Positions 1 to 11,600 of a stretch of DNA of 64,000 bases are shown piece after piece. The DNA lies in the NCBI GenBank assembly GCA_013239625.1, contig MU054001.1:7696746-7760745 (forward strand), given 5' to 3'. Position numbers and translations under genes: made by a program. Below the pieces are notes generated by a model that searched no databases, was not told where the DNA came from, and saw only the letters and a list, made by a program, of their open reading frames with translations. Each line of letters opens with the position of its first letter. Position 1 is the first letter of the stretch. Origin of the DNA: Lama guanicoe. Lineage: Eukaryota.

Positions 1-65
1 TGATACTACTATGAATATTGATGTGCATATTTTTGTGAGAATAGGTTTTCATTCTGTTGTCTGTA

Positions 66-204
66 AGTTGGCCCACCATATCTGTTGTTTCCATTTCATG
101 GATCCAGATGGCTGATTGTAAAGAGACTCGAACATCCTTGGATTATGGAATCCAGGGTGGGGGTTTCCTAAAACCAACCCCCCGGGGAATCTGAGGGATA
201 ACTC
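66..204. mobile_element. MER2-like (Tigger) DNA transposon remnant, internally deleted
   Basis: Ends AGTTGGCCCACCATATC...GAATCTGAGGGATAACTC resemble recalled MER2 termini; TA on both flanks (64-65, 205-206). Confidence 0.6.
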
Positions 205-610
205 TATATGTAGGAATGGAATTGCTGGGCCATATAACTCTAAGCTTTTGAGGAAACACCAGACTTCTCCAAAGAAGCTGCACCACTGTCCCTTTCCACT
301 GGCCGCATCTGAGGTTCCTTTGCCTCCTGAACGACACTTGTTATTGTCTATGTTTTGATTATAACCATCATAGTGGGTGTAAAATGAGATCTCATTTTGA
401 TTTTGATTTGGCTAGTGATGTTGAGCTTCTTTTCATATGCTTATCGGCCATTTGTGTATTTATTTAAATCCTTCACAAATTTAAATATTGGGTCGATTTT
501 CTTTGTATTGTTCTGTTGTAAGCATTTGTTATATATCCTGAATACTAGACTCTTATAAAATACATGCTTTACAAAATTTTTCTCGTATTCTGCAGAGTGT
601 CTTTTCACTT

Positions 611-723
611 CAGTTTTTTAAACATTAAAACAATTTCTTTACAGGGGAGGTAATTAGATGTATTGATTTATTTTATTTTTCTTGCTAAGCATGCACTCTA
701 TCACTTGAGATAGCCCCTTCCCC
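611..723 (-). mobile_element. Camelid-type (vic-1-like) tRNA-derived SINE, internally deleted
   Basis: Reverse complement GGGGAAGGGGCTATCTCAAGTGATAGAGTGCATGCTTAGCA...CTAATTACCTCCCC; 13-bp TSD TGTC(T/A)TTTCACTT at 598-610 and 724-736. Confidence 0.75.
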
Positions 724-3700
724 TGTCATTTCACTTTCTTGATGATGTCCTTTGTAACAAAAAGGTTTTAATTTTGATGAAGTCCAGTTTATCTGCTTTT
801 TTCTTCTATCACTTGTGTTCTTCGTATTTTATCTAGGAAACCAAAGCATATCCTAGGACCACAAAGATTTATACTGTGTCTTCTTTTAAAAAGTTTATAG
901 GTTTAGTTTTTACCTTTCTGTCTGTGATCCATTTTGAATCAAATTTTATTTGTTATATAAAATATGGAGGTCCAGATTCCAGATTGATTCTTTTGCCTGC
1001 AGATACCCAGCTGTCCCTGCACCATTTGTTGAATAGACTATTCTTTCAATGGAGTGTTGTTGGCAAATTTGTGGAAAACTGATTGTAAATGTAAGTTATT
1101 TCCCTCTGGGTTTTTATTGTGGCTGATAGATTTATTTATCCAAATTTATGCCAATACCATACTGACTTGAGTACCATAGCTTTTTAGTACCCTTTAAAGT
1201 GACTCCTCCAAATTTGTTTTGCTTTTTCAAGATTGTTTTGGCTTACCTGGGTCCCTTGCATTTCCACATGGAATTTGGGATCAGTTTTTCAATTTTTGCA
1301 AAGAAGTCAGCTGGAATTTTGATAGGGATTCCACTGAATTTGTAAATCACTTTGACGAGTCTTAACATTTTTAACAATATTCTCTACCATTCCATGAACA
1401 TAGGATGTCTTCCACATATGTAGATATTTTAAATTTTATTTCGGTGATACTTCAAAATATTCAATGTACAAATCTTGTAAACTTTTGTTAAATGTATCTC
1501 CCATTTTATTTTTAATGCTGTTGTAAATGGAAAGGCTGAGCTTCTTGAAGGTGGGACTGTATATCAATTTGTTTATTTCTAGGTTTCCTACACAGCAAAT
1601 ACACTAGGTTTATATTTGTTACATAAATCTATCCACAACTCTTCCCGCCTCAATTTTATAAGAAACCAAGACCCAAGTTAATCTACCTGAACACCTACGT
1701 GGAAGTGAGAAGAGAGACCATTGGGTGGGGCTTTCAGCAGATGATACTGAGAGCTTATTCAGGATGGCTTCTTCTTAATTTTTTTAAACCACCCTTTCGG
1801 TGTATTTAGTGAGATACATTAGGAACATGCCCTTTTGATGTGTAGAGGAGCTAAGACTATCATTTTAAAAAGATTTCTATTGAGAGTGTTGTACTTGAAA
1901 TCTTATTTGCATCAATCTTTGAAGATTTATGTTTCAGGAGCTTTGACTAAAGAACACCTGTCTTTATTCAATAATGACGAATAAATGCTTAAGCAACATG
2001 TAAGAGTTTGAGCAAACTGCCCCCGCCCCGTAGTGCTGGTTGTCTGCAGCTGTAACTGGAGTCAGTGCTTACCTCTTCCAGTACGTTTGTGCTGATCTGC
2101 TCAAAGGGGTTCGTCCAACAGTTTGTCTGTAGTCTGTTGGACAAAGCCATAAAGCATTGACTTAAGGTTGCTGGAATGCAATATATTCTAATTAATATTA
2201 AGTAAGCACATATTGAGTGCTTACTGTATGTTGGGAATTGTCCCTCAGCCTAACATGAATATTATTTCACTTAAAACCTCACATATTTCCTTGTTATTCC
2301 CACTTTACAGATAAGGAGACTGAGAATTAGATCTTCTCTCTTTAGGAGGGAGCTCATTATCAATGACGGGAAGTTGTAAGGAAAAAGATATTGATTCATC
2401 CTGAGAAAACATTTTTCTGAGTGTCAACAATGAAGAGGGTGACCACTGAAGAATTTGATCATTGTTCGATTAAGACGAGCCCCGGGTTGTATGGAGTCAA
2501 CATCCCTGTCCTGGACACGGCACGTAGAATGGTGCGTGGTGGTTGAGGCGGCGCGGCCGTGCAGGGAACGCGGATGCCGGGCCGTTGGGGCGTGCTCAGG
2601 CCCGGTGGGACTTTCTCCTAAGGGCAGTGGACTGTCATTGACAGATTTTAATTAGGGGAGTGGGGTGCTCTCGAAGTTCACTTTTGTCTTTTAGAATGCT
2701 TAGAAACATTTAGAAGGCTTGGCAGGAGGTGATGTGATGAGTCAGAGAAGGGTGGCTATGAGGTGTAGGAGTGTAGAATTTTCAAGTTGTTTTCAGTCCC
2801 AATTTTGTGGCTCAGTAGCCCTGTCACTTTGGATGTTGCACTCAAGGAAGTGAAACAATTTATCTAATCAATTAATGCAGTGATACACCAACCTCCCCGG
2901 ACTGCTGTGGAGATCCAGTGAGATAACCTGTGCACAGTGTGCAGCGTGGTCCCCAGCACAGAGTCAGTGCTGAGTGCCAGTGAGTACCTGGTAGGACAGA
3001 TAAGGGTGGTGGGTCTCGGTGACTCAGGAAATCTGGGCCCTGAAGGAGGGGTCCAATCACATCTGTGAGTGATGGACCTGAGCTGGCAGAGGCAGGGAGA
3101 CCTTGCCCACAGACCAGGGGCCCTGGGCAGGACGGCTATGGGAGAAGCACCATGAAGTCAGCTTTTTGTGGGTGGAGTTGGAGGTGCCCTTGTGACATCT
3201 GAGTGTAATGTCATGAGCTCAAATAGGAGGTCTGGGTCCGGGTTGTGCATTTTCCTACAATCTCCATCCGTGAGGACGCCGAGGTAGTGATCACTGAAAG
3301 TGAAGTCATACTTTACAGGAAAAATGAGTAGTAGTATCATCTCTGTCATCAAACTCACGTCTCTTTATTCATCACTCACTTTGCTAATTGAGTACTTACA
3401 GAGCTCACTTCACTGCCCTCCCCTGGGCTCAGGCTTCCCAGTAAATAGCTGGTGAGCCTCCCTCTTTTCCAGAGGAAGACACATTTAGCTGGTAGCCTTC
3501 GGTACCTCTCCAGACTTAGAATTTTAGTTTGTTGTTTTAATTCTATTTTCTGTTAGCCATCTTCTGACAGGAGAGACGTATTACCTCATGGTCATGTTTC
3601 AATTAGCTGTTACTGAGAATTGCTGATCTGATCCATAGTGTATTTATTATATTAACCTTGAAGAGTATTTATCATTTTTCTGTCTTTTCCCTTTAATTTT

Positions 3701-5277
3701 GTATGCCCCTTCAAGCCTCTGTCATATTTGGGGCCTTATTTTTTTTAATTAAATAATGTTTGTTTGCCGTTAAGAAAACAAAAGAAAAGAAAAAATACAC
3801 ATGATAGCTAAACTTAGAAATTATCTAGTGTGTTTTCTGTCTCGGGAATGGAGGGTTATAGAAACTCGTGAAAACCTTCATTACACAAGCTTCTTAAAAT
3901 GCTGATTAAGAAATAAAACCTTACTTCCTCATCTTTCAAGCTGCACAGCTAATTGTGAAGGAAGTGAGGGGAAATCCTCAGAAGCCAAGACAAACCAGAA
4001 AGCAGGGATTCTGGGAGATACGCAAGCCTTAGAAGCCCTGGGCTGCCTATTGGCTCCTGTACTGAATTTCAGTTGCCTTGACAGGAGGGCAGGAGATGAG
4101 CCTGAGGCCTCTCACACTGGGAGTTGGATGACTAACTGTAAGTGAGGCCAAGCCCATCCTGAGAAGCATGGTTTACTAAAGGGTGAACTAGGAAAAAAAT
4201 AATTCCTTAAGGCAAGACAGTAAGGAAAGTCAATTTTGTTGGGAGAGGGGAAAAATAACAAATCTAAAGTAAGGATATAGTTTAAAGCTGTTCTGGCATG
4301 AGAGTGACCAAAACTCCTGGCAGAAAAGCACAGCTACTCCTGGAATGAGAAGCTGTGGTTTGAAAGAATCAGTGAACAGCCATTCCGAAATAGGCCTCCA
4401 GAGTCTTGTGGATCAAGACACTGGACCACAAACACCTCTCTTCCAAGGTCTCATTCAAATAACCAGAAAGGTTTTAAAGGAAAGAAGCCATAATCATAGT
4501 TCTATTTATTAACATTACTTTATGCTAGGAATTCAGAGGTGACTATGTAGTTGTCTCCTCTTTTATGGACCTTACTTACTCTTTGGGGAGACAAATTGAC
4601 ATAGTTGGGGAGCTTGGTGGAGGGAGGTGTTAGTCTGTTGCAATTAGCCAGGAGAGGAGATTAACAAAGCAGTGAAGCCTCTTTGAACTTTTTAGCTGAT
4701 TGCAGTCTTGTTCTGCTGGCTTTTAATTGCAGGCTCAATGAGCTGTCACTGGAGGGAATAGATTTTACGGAGGATGGACTTACCTCAGGCCTCTTTATAA
4801 CGGACAACTGAACCTGGAGAAAGACAGTCAAATCTGTGCAGACATTAAAGTTCACTTGAACAAGCTCCATCCCTGAGCCAAAGATAGGACAAGTAGGCAG
4901 CACTTCTTGAGGACAAAGGAATGGCTTTTAAGGTTCTCCAAGAATGAATCCCAGGGAACCGATATGACCAGTTGTCAAACTGTGACTTTGCTATTTGGAC
5001 GTTTTACCCACCAAGGGTATTAGCCTTTTATAGGTTTCCACTTCTCATTAATACATGTCAAGTGATGAGGACGTGGGCAAAAGTGTTTGACACCTTGTCG
5101 AGGCGACTTTGGGTACCTGCCTAGAAGGACCGGCACAGTTGTGGCTGCGTCATACATCTTGCATCCCATCCCATTCCCCGGCTCCGTGATCATGGCAGAG
5201 TGGTTCCTTGTTGACCTAACCGTCTCCTCTGTGACATCATAACCCATGAATAGACCAGAGCGTATTAACTTGGTTTT

Positions 5278-5333
5278 GTTAAAGTCAAAGGAACAGATCA
5301 AATAAGGAGTCATATTTGTTCTTTCCTATTTCA
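5278..5333 (-). mobile_element. 56-bp terminal fragment of the LTR family at 6018-6500 and 49845-50380
   Basis: About 48/56 identical by eye to the reverse complement of 6018-6073. Confidence 0.75.
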
Positions 5334-5589
5334 GTAGTGCCATGGAGAAGGCACTTTGGGCAGCTTTTTGTAGGGTCCTGGAGGCTTTCTGTCTCAGCAT
5401 CTGGGCGCCTCTGTTGAAAACCCTTCATAGCTGTCTGGCCTGCTGGAAAACCACTCCGACTGTTTTGCCCTGAAGATGTGTTCTGTTTATAACTCATCTC
5501 TACTCCTTTGAAAACAACTCAATAAAAACTCAGTTGGTTTTCCACCAGCCATTTGCAGGGCTGAGATATAGCATGTTATTATTTTATAA

Positions 5590-5626
5590 AATAATATTAA
5601 TAATAGTAATAATAATAATAATAATA
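5590..5626. repeat. Imperfect (AAT)n microsatellite
   Basis: Directly visible run of aat units. Confidence 0.85.
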
Positions 5627-6017
5627 CTAAAAGAAGTCTTAAAACAGCAGTGGGCACATTGGAGAGAGTCAATAAATGCTTCCTAGCTTAAATCAAAAGT
5701 GATGACTCAGTGATTTCTTGGATGCTGTATTTGCTGAGCTAGTTATTCCTTTGCTCCATTACACTTTTTTTTAACTGAAAAAGAAATACATGCATATGGT
5801 TAAAAAAAATTCAAACAGAGCACAAAAATACACAAGTGAAAAAAGTTTTCACTCATCCTCTGTTCTTTCAGCCCTCCCTGGAGATGTCACTGTTTACTTT
5901 CCTTTGGGTGCTTTTCCAGATATGCTATGCACATTCCCACCTATGTATGTAAATTTCTTTAAAGTTTTAGTTATTTTTAACTTAAAGGGATTTAAATCCT
6001 CAAGTGGCTTCTGCCCA

Positions 6018-6500
6018 GGTAATAGAGAAGAACAAATCTGACTCCATATTAGATCTGTTCTTTTGACTTTAACCCTGTGCTCTGTCTCCTAGGCTTCATC
6101 TTGCTTGTAAAACAATGTTGCTTAGAGCCTGAGAGATACAGGAGAGCCTCTCCTGAAGGCTCTGACCTCTAAGTATATTTAATACTTTTTCATTCATAAA
6201 AAGATAACAAGTACAGAATAGAAAATGACGTTTGTTTTGTTGGAGGTTTACAGAGATTTGACCCAGGCAGATAGTTGCAATAACAAAGGATTCTAACAAC
6301 AAGGAATTTCTACACTAAGAAGTTTGCAACAATGAAGCACGTAGGACAGGAACCTGAATTGTGACTTGGGGAGATGGTTTTCCAGGACATTAGTTTGCCA
6401 TCTAGGTCTACAGAATCTTGCTATTCCATGCCCCAACACCTGGTCTCCCAACTTATTGGCCTTTCCTGCACTGAGGAGAATGAATTTGGACTCGGTAACA
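6018..6500 (+). mobile_element. Solo LTR, ERV1-like
   Basis: Reverse complement aligns along its length to the TSD-bounded solo LTR at 49845-50380; ends ...GGTAACA; 5' TG decayed and no clear TSD. Confidence 0.75.
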
Positions 6501-6537
6501 CTCCTATCTACCTAGCAAGTTGGGCACTGGAATTGAG

Positions 6538-6947
6538 AGTTACGGAAACAACAGGCCAGCCAAGAAACAAGCACCACTCAGAGGGTTGCAGTACTCAGAT
6601 TTGTTACACCGGCGGGCTCAGAGGGGCTTCTGCTCCGAAGCTCTGAGCACCTCCAATACGTGCACATGTGGTTTTATAGGGTTAATTACAAGTGTGGGGC
6701 TATTAGCCAATAAGGCTCAAACAACAAAAAGCAAGGAATCAGTACACTGGAGCTTATCAATTTGTAATAGATCACGTTACTGACACTTGTTGAGCTTAGA
6801 TTTACGAGTTAGCTTGTTAGCCCAATAAACTGACACTAAACTTCAGATTTACGAATTAGCCCAGCAGAACTTAGATCAGTAAACCGACACTTATCACACT
6901 TAGATTTGTTACTTAGCTTGTTAGCCCAGCTGGGCTTTTCCTTCACA
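6538..6947 (-). repeat. Proviral 3' LTR
   Basis: About 93% identical to 13879-14288 by manual count; TATAAAA on minus at 6672-6678; tandem repeats in U3. Confidence 0.95.
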
Positions 6948-8465
6948 TTCCCCCCTGTTGATGCTTTCACAACCCTTGTTGTAGTAAGCATCATCATTTA
7001 CATGTTGCAGGGGCTCATATTTGGAGGCTAACATCTGAAGGTTTATAGCCTCTATACGCTCACTGACAAAGCGGGTCAGGAAGTTTAGGACACAGGGCCT
7101 TATTGGCAGAACTGCAAAAATCAGGAGTAAGGGACCTATGAACCGTGCCAGCCAGGAGGTCCAGCCCCAGGGGCCTGTCCATGGACTCTTATCTAAAATA
7201 TGCTTTTTCTTTTCCACTCGGTCTGGTTACTCTTGAACCATTCCTCTGACAATTCCTGATTGATTGGCATAAAAACAGCACTCTTCGTTTAGGAAGAGGC
7301 CTAGTCCCCCCTCTTTGGCCGTGAGTAAGTCTAGACCCCTCCTGTTTTGTAAGACCACATCGGCCAGAGTCAATCTAATTTTGCAGAGTTCCCAGGGTTT
7401 CTGCTATTTGTTGGAGATCGTGGCTGAATTCCCCTGTAAGCTGATAATAGTAATAAGAGGAAGAGTTGATGCCACCAATTCCTGTGCCTACCCCTGTTGC
7501 CAGCCCAAGCCCCACTAGCTAGGGGATCAATTGTATAGCTCGTTTGAGTCTCTGTGAATGCTGGTGAGTTATGACAGGGATAGGTAGACTTTGATTATTA
7601 GGCATAATGTCCATTCGGGGAGTGAGATAAGCCAAAGCACACAACCCTGACCATCCGACAGGGAGGCACCGGTAGGCAAATTTGCCATACACATTATAAG
7701 TCTCGTTATTAGAACACCATCCTTGTGTGGGTTGGCACCCTAGACCCATACAGTGAGAGGTTTTAATACATTGATTTATAGTTAGATTGCTCTCTAAAGG
7801 ATTAGTTCCATTGTTGAAATAACATTCTGGTGACTTGTAGGCGAGCTGTACCGAGTTCATCCTGGAAATACTAGTGGTAGAAACGGCATCGCTATGGTGA
7901 AATTTTTAGTGAGGTTTATCAGACGTAAAGCCAGGTGCTGGGTGGGGCCAGGACGCAAGCATAGCCAGCAATCTTTAGCCGGGTCTAGATTGGAATGATT
8001 GAGAATCCCATGGACTACGGCTAACAGCCCATTTATTTGTGGATCCAGATCCCGAGGCTCGGCTAAAGATGGAAATTTTATTGGCTTCCAGGTAGGTAAT
8101 AACTTCTGGTGTTGCCTCTGAACTGCTTGTTGGACTGCTTGCCAGCGTGCCTGGTCCTGTACCCCTCCTCCATCATTCATCCCATAATGTGTTTGCTTGG
8201 TCCATCACACCAGCCCGCCGGGTGTGCCATAGCATTTGATGCTTGTTACATAATAAGCCTTAATTGTGCCAATCCAGTGAAATTTGCCCTGATATGTGCA
8301 CTCTGAAGCGGAGTCATAGCATTGACTCGGCTGATTAGTATAAGCTGAAAATACAGGCCGGTACATGGACCACCTGTCACCCGGTTCCGTGCAGGTGCAT
8401 TGTGCAGCCAAGGGGAGTGAGGGCATTAGCGTCAGTAGCATCGGCCTTACGATAATCTTAGACAT
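6921..8465 (-). pseudogene. env: Gamma-type env, syncytin-1/HERV-W/RDR-like, disrupted
   Basis: Signal peptide then CxC; NDGGGVQDQAR (8145-8177); CWLC (7959-7970); furin site RLKR (7540-7551); fusion peptide; immunosuppressive domain [19 protein letters not shown]6CC with first Cys changed to Gly; TM helix. Stops at 8205 and 7519, plus frameshifts near 7860 and 7370. Confidence 0.93.
6948..6959 (-). other. Polypurine tract
   Basis: AACAGGGGGGAA immediately precedes the TGTGAAGG start of the 3' LTR on the minus strand. Confidence 0.85.
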
Positions 8466-8629
8466 GATGCTGCGGTGATGGCACTAATTATAACAAGGTA
8501 TAAAATAGCTATCAGGACTCTATGGCCTATGTTCCAGTCAGGTGGGGTGGCGCTAGCTAACCCCACTGCTAGTACGCAGACTAGTATAGCAAACAAGGAA
8601 AGAGGCAAGGGAGCACAAAAGAAATACAT
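8447..8629 (-). CDS. Candidate retroviral accessory small membrane protein (60 aa, two hydrophobic segments)
   Basis: Intact ATG-to-TAA ORF starting 23 nt after the inferred pol stop and overlapping the env start by 19 nt in another frame. Confidence 0.5.
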   Translation of the reverse strand: MYFFCAPLPLSLFAILVCVLAVGLASATPPDWNIGHRVLIAILYLVIISAITAASCLRLS

Positions 8630-8652
8630 TTAACAGCTGCGTTGAGCTTTCT

Positions 8653-11600
8653 TCAAGCTTCAGCCGTGCGTTGATTAGCCAGCTTCCGGGTGTGGCTAGA
8701 GCAGGGCTCGTTGATCCTTTTCTGGTCCCTCTTGATCTTGATCTTGAGCAGGTCTCGTGGAACACTCTTAATTTTTCAGGGATCCTCTGTCTGAGGTGCA
8801 GTCGCTCTCTTGACCCTGGAGTGGTGGATCCAAGGGATGATTCCTGCAACTTTAACAGCTGTAGGGGTAGTTAATACCACTAAATATGGTCCCTCCCATG
8901 TTGGTTTGAGAGGTTCCTTTTTCCAATCCTTCACCCATATCTGGTCACCTGGTTTATGGGGATGCACTTGGACCCCTAATGAAATGGGGGTTTTCTCTAT
9001 CACACAACCCCAAACTTCTTGTAGTACTTTTCCTAGTCCCAATAGTTGTTGGTGGAGCCCTAAAGTTCCTATTTCTGGGGTGGGATTTCTCATCCTGACT
9101 TAAGGTGGCAGTCGCCCATAGAGGATTTCAAAGGGAGAGTACCCAACATTAAATCTTGGGGTGCATCTAATCCACAACAGAGCCAGGGGTAGAATGTCCA
9201 CCAAGGGGAACTGGGTTTCTTGGCTGATTTTAGCTATCATTTGTTTTAGAGTTCTGTTCATTCGTTCTACCTTCCCTGAGCTTTGAGGCCGGTATTCTGT
9301 GTGCAGTTTCCAGCAGATACTCAATGTCTTTGCCACTTGTTGTACAATTTCTGCCACAAAGGCGGGTCCATTGTCAGACCCGATGGAGGTAGGCATTCCA
9401 AATCAAGGGATAACATCCCTGAGGAGAGCCTTTGTCACTTCTCTTGCTTTCTCTGTCCTGGTGGGGTAGGCCTCTACCCACCCTGTGAAGGTGCAGATGA
9501 AAACCAGCAGGTACTTGTATCCCTTACTGGGCCCAAGTTTAGTAAAGGCCACTTCTAGATCTTTAAAGGGAGCCAATCCTCATCGTATTCCCATTGGCCC
9601 AGTTAGCCCTTGTTTTGGATTGTTTTGTGCACAGAGCAAGCAGCTTTGGGAAACTGATGCACACAGAGTAGGGAGACGAGAAATTAGGAAATATCACTTT
9701 AAGAGGACCTCCAAAACCGTTTTTCCCATATGTGTTGCTTATTGTTGTTGTTGGACTAGAAGATAAGCTAGTCGTTTTGGGATGAAAACCCTTCCATTCG
9801 TCATGATCCACCATCTGTCCTTTCCTTTTTTCCCTCGTTGGGCCTGTGCCCACTTGTTTTCGTCGTTGCTATATTCTGGGGTAGTGGGTAGCTCTGGCGC
9901 TGCCATAACTTTAATTACTGAGTATTCCCAGGTGGCTGCTTTTTTGTCTTTGATCAGCTAGCCTGTTCCCCTGGCTCACAGGGTCATTTCCTCTTTGTTG
10001 TTCCTTACAGTGAATAACGGCCACTTCCTTTGGATCCCATACTGCCTCCAGTAACTGTAAAATTCCTTCTTGGTTTTTGATATCTTTCTCCCCAGCAGTC
10101 AAAAGTCCTCTCTCCTTATAGATGGCTCCATGTACATGCAAGTTTGCAAATGCATATTTGGAATCAGTGTATATATTGACTCGTTTTCCTTTCCCTTCCC
10201 TTAGTGCCTGGACCAGTGTCCAGATCTCTGCTCGCTGAGCAGTCCATCCTGCTGGAAGGGACTCTGCCTTTATTACCTCTCGGGTTGGTGTTACAGGGTA
10301 ACCTGCTCGCCGTTGTCCATCCTGCATGTAACTGCTGCCGTCTATGAAAAGTTCCAGGTCTGGGTTTTGCAGGGGCTTGTTGGTTAGATCAGGCCTGCTT
10401 GCATACACCTGTTCGATGATTTCTTCGCAGTCGTGGTCAGCCTTCCCTTTCCCCTCAGGAAATATGTGGCTGGGTTTAAGGTTCGCACAGTCTCTAGATG
10501 GACTCTTGGGTTTTCACATAGAAGCCCTTGGTAGTGGGTCATCCTTGTGTTAGTTATCCATTTGTAACCTGGGCCGTTCATCAGGGCCACCACAAAATGG
10601 GTCACTTTTACATTTAAAGTCTGTCCCAGTGTGAGTTTGTCTGCCTCGTTGACCAGGACAGCTGTGGCAGCAAGGGCCCATAAACAGGGTGTCCATCCTG
10701 ATGCTACAGGGTCCAGTCTTTTAGATAACTAGGCCACAGGGCGCTGCCATGGCCCCACATTCTGAGTTAGGACTCCAAGAGCAGTTTGGTCTCTTTCATG
10801 TACAAACAGATTAAACTCTCGTGTTACATCTGGTAAGCCTAGTGCTGGGGCTTGGGTTAGTAGTTCCTTTAATTGCCTAAAGGCATTTTCTTGTTTAGTT
10901 TCCCATTTGAGGATTTCTTTTCCTGATCCAGCAGTTGCTTCGTAGAGGGGCTTGGCTATTCTTGAAAACCCGGGGATCCAGATCTGGGAAAACCCAGCTG
11001 CACCCAGGAACTCTCGCAGTTTTCTTTTTGTTTCCGGTCTGGATATGGCTCAAATAACTTGTTTTCGTTCTGGTCCTAGGTCTCGGTGTGCCTCTGACAT
11101 AATAAATCCCAGGTATTTGACTGTCTTTTTGCAGATCTGAGTCTTTTTCCATGAGACCATGTACCCAGTTATTTGGAGTAACCCTAGGAGGGTTCGAGTT
11201 TCTTTCCAACAGTCCTCTTCACTGGGGCTGGCTAATAGCAAGTCATCCACATACTGAAGCAGAGTACAGTTCAATGTTTCCCCCAGGAAATTTTACAAGA
11301 TCTGTGGCTAGTGCCTCTCCGAACACGGTGGGAGAGTTTTTAAAGCTTTGGGGAAGACATGTCCATGTCAGTTGAGTTTTTCCTCCTGTATGGGGATCCT
11401 CCCATTCAAATGCTAATATGGGCTGGCTCACAGGTGAGAGTCAAAGACAGAAGAAAGCATCTTTAAGGTCTAGACATGTAAACCATTTGGCATCTGCTGG
11501 AATGAGGCCTAGAAGAGGGTATGGATTTGTCAGTGCTGGATGTATTGTAGTGACTACTTCATTCACTTTTTGTAAGTCCTGCACTGGCTTATAATCTCTT

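Larger units (their letters stand above)
1..1530 (-). mobile_element. Old LINE-1 fragment (ORF2 3' part/3' region), interrupted by MER2 and a SINE
   Basis: T-rich plus strand with typical antisense L1 motifs (GGAATTGCTGGG, ATCCATTTTGA, CACCATTTGTTGAATAGACT, GATAGGGATT); boundaries approximate. Confidence 0.8.

Noticed and set aside
2113..2142. 9-bp hairpin GTCCAACAG...CTGTTGGAC
   Set aside because: A stem of this length is plausible by chance in 64 kb; no ncRNA context.
5487..5672. Poly-Leu ORF with LFYKIITCYIS resembling the peptide near 55750
   Set aside because: The Leu run is the (AAT)n microsatellite, the ORF has a non-ATG start, and the similarity is short and AT-rich.
8205..8465. 86-aa truncated env ORF as a suppressyn-like secreted receptor blocker
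   Set aside because: The stop falls just before the NDGGGVQDQAR motif, so the receptor-binding domain would be incomplete; it looks like ordinary Cys-to-TGA decay.
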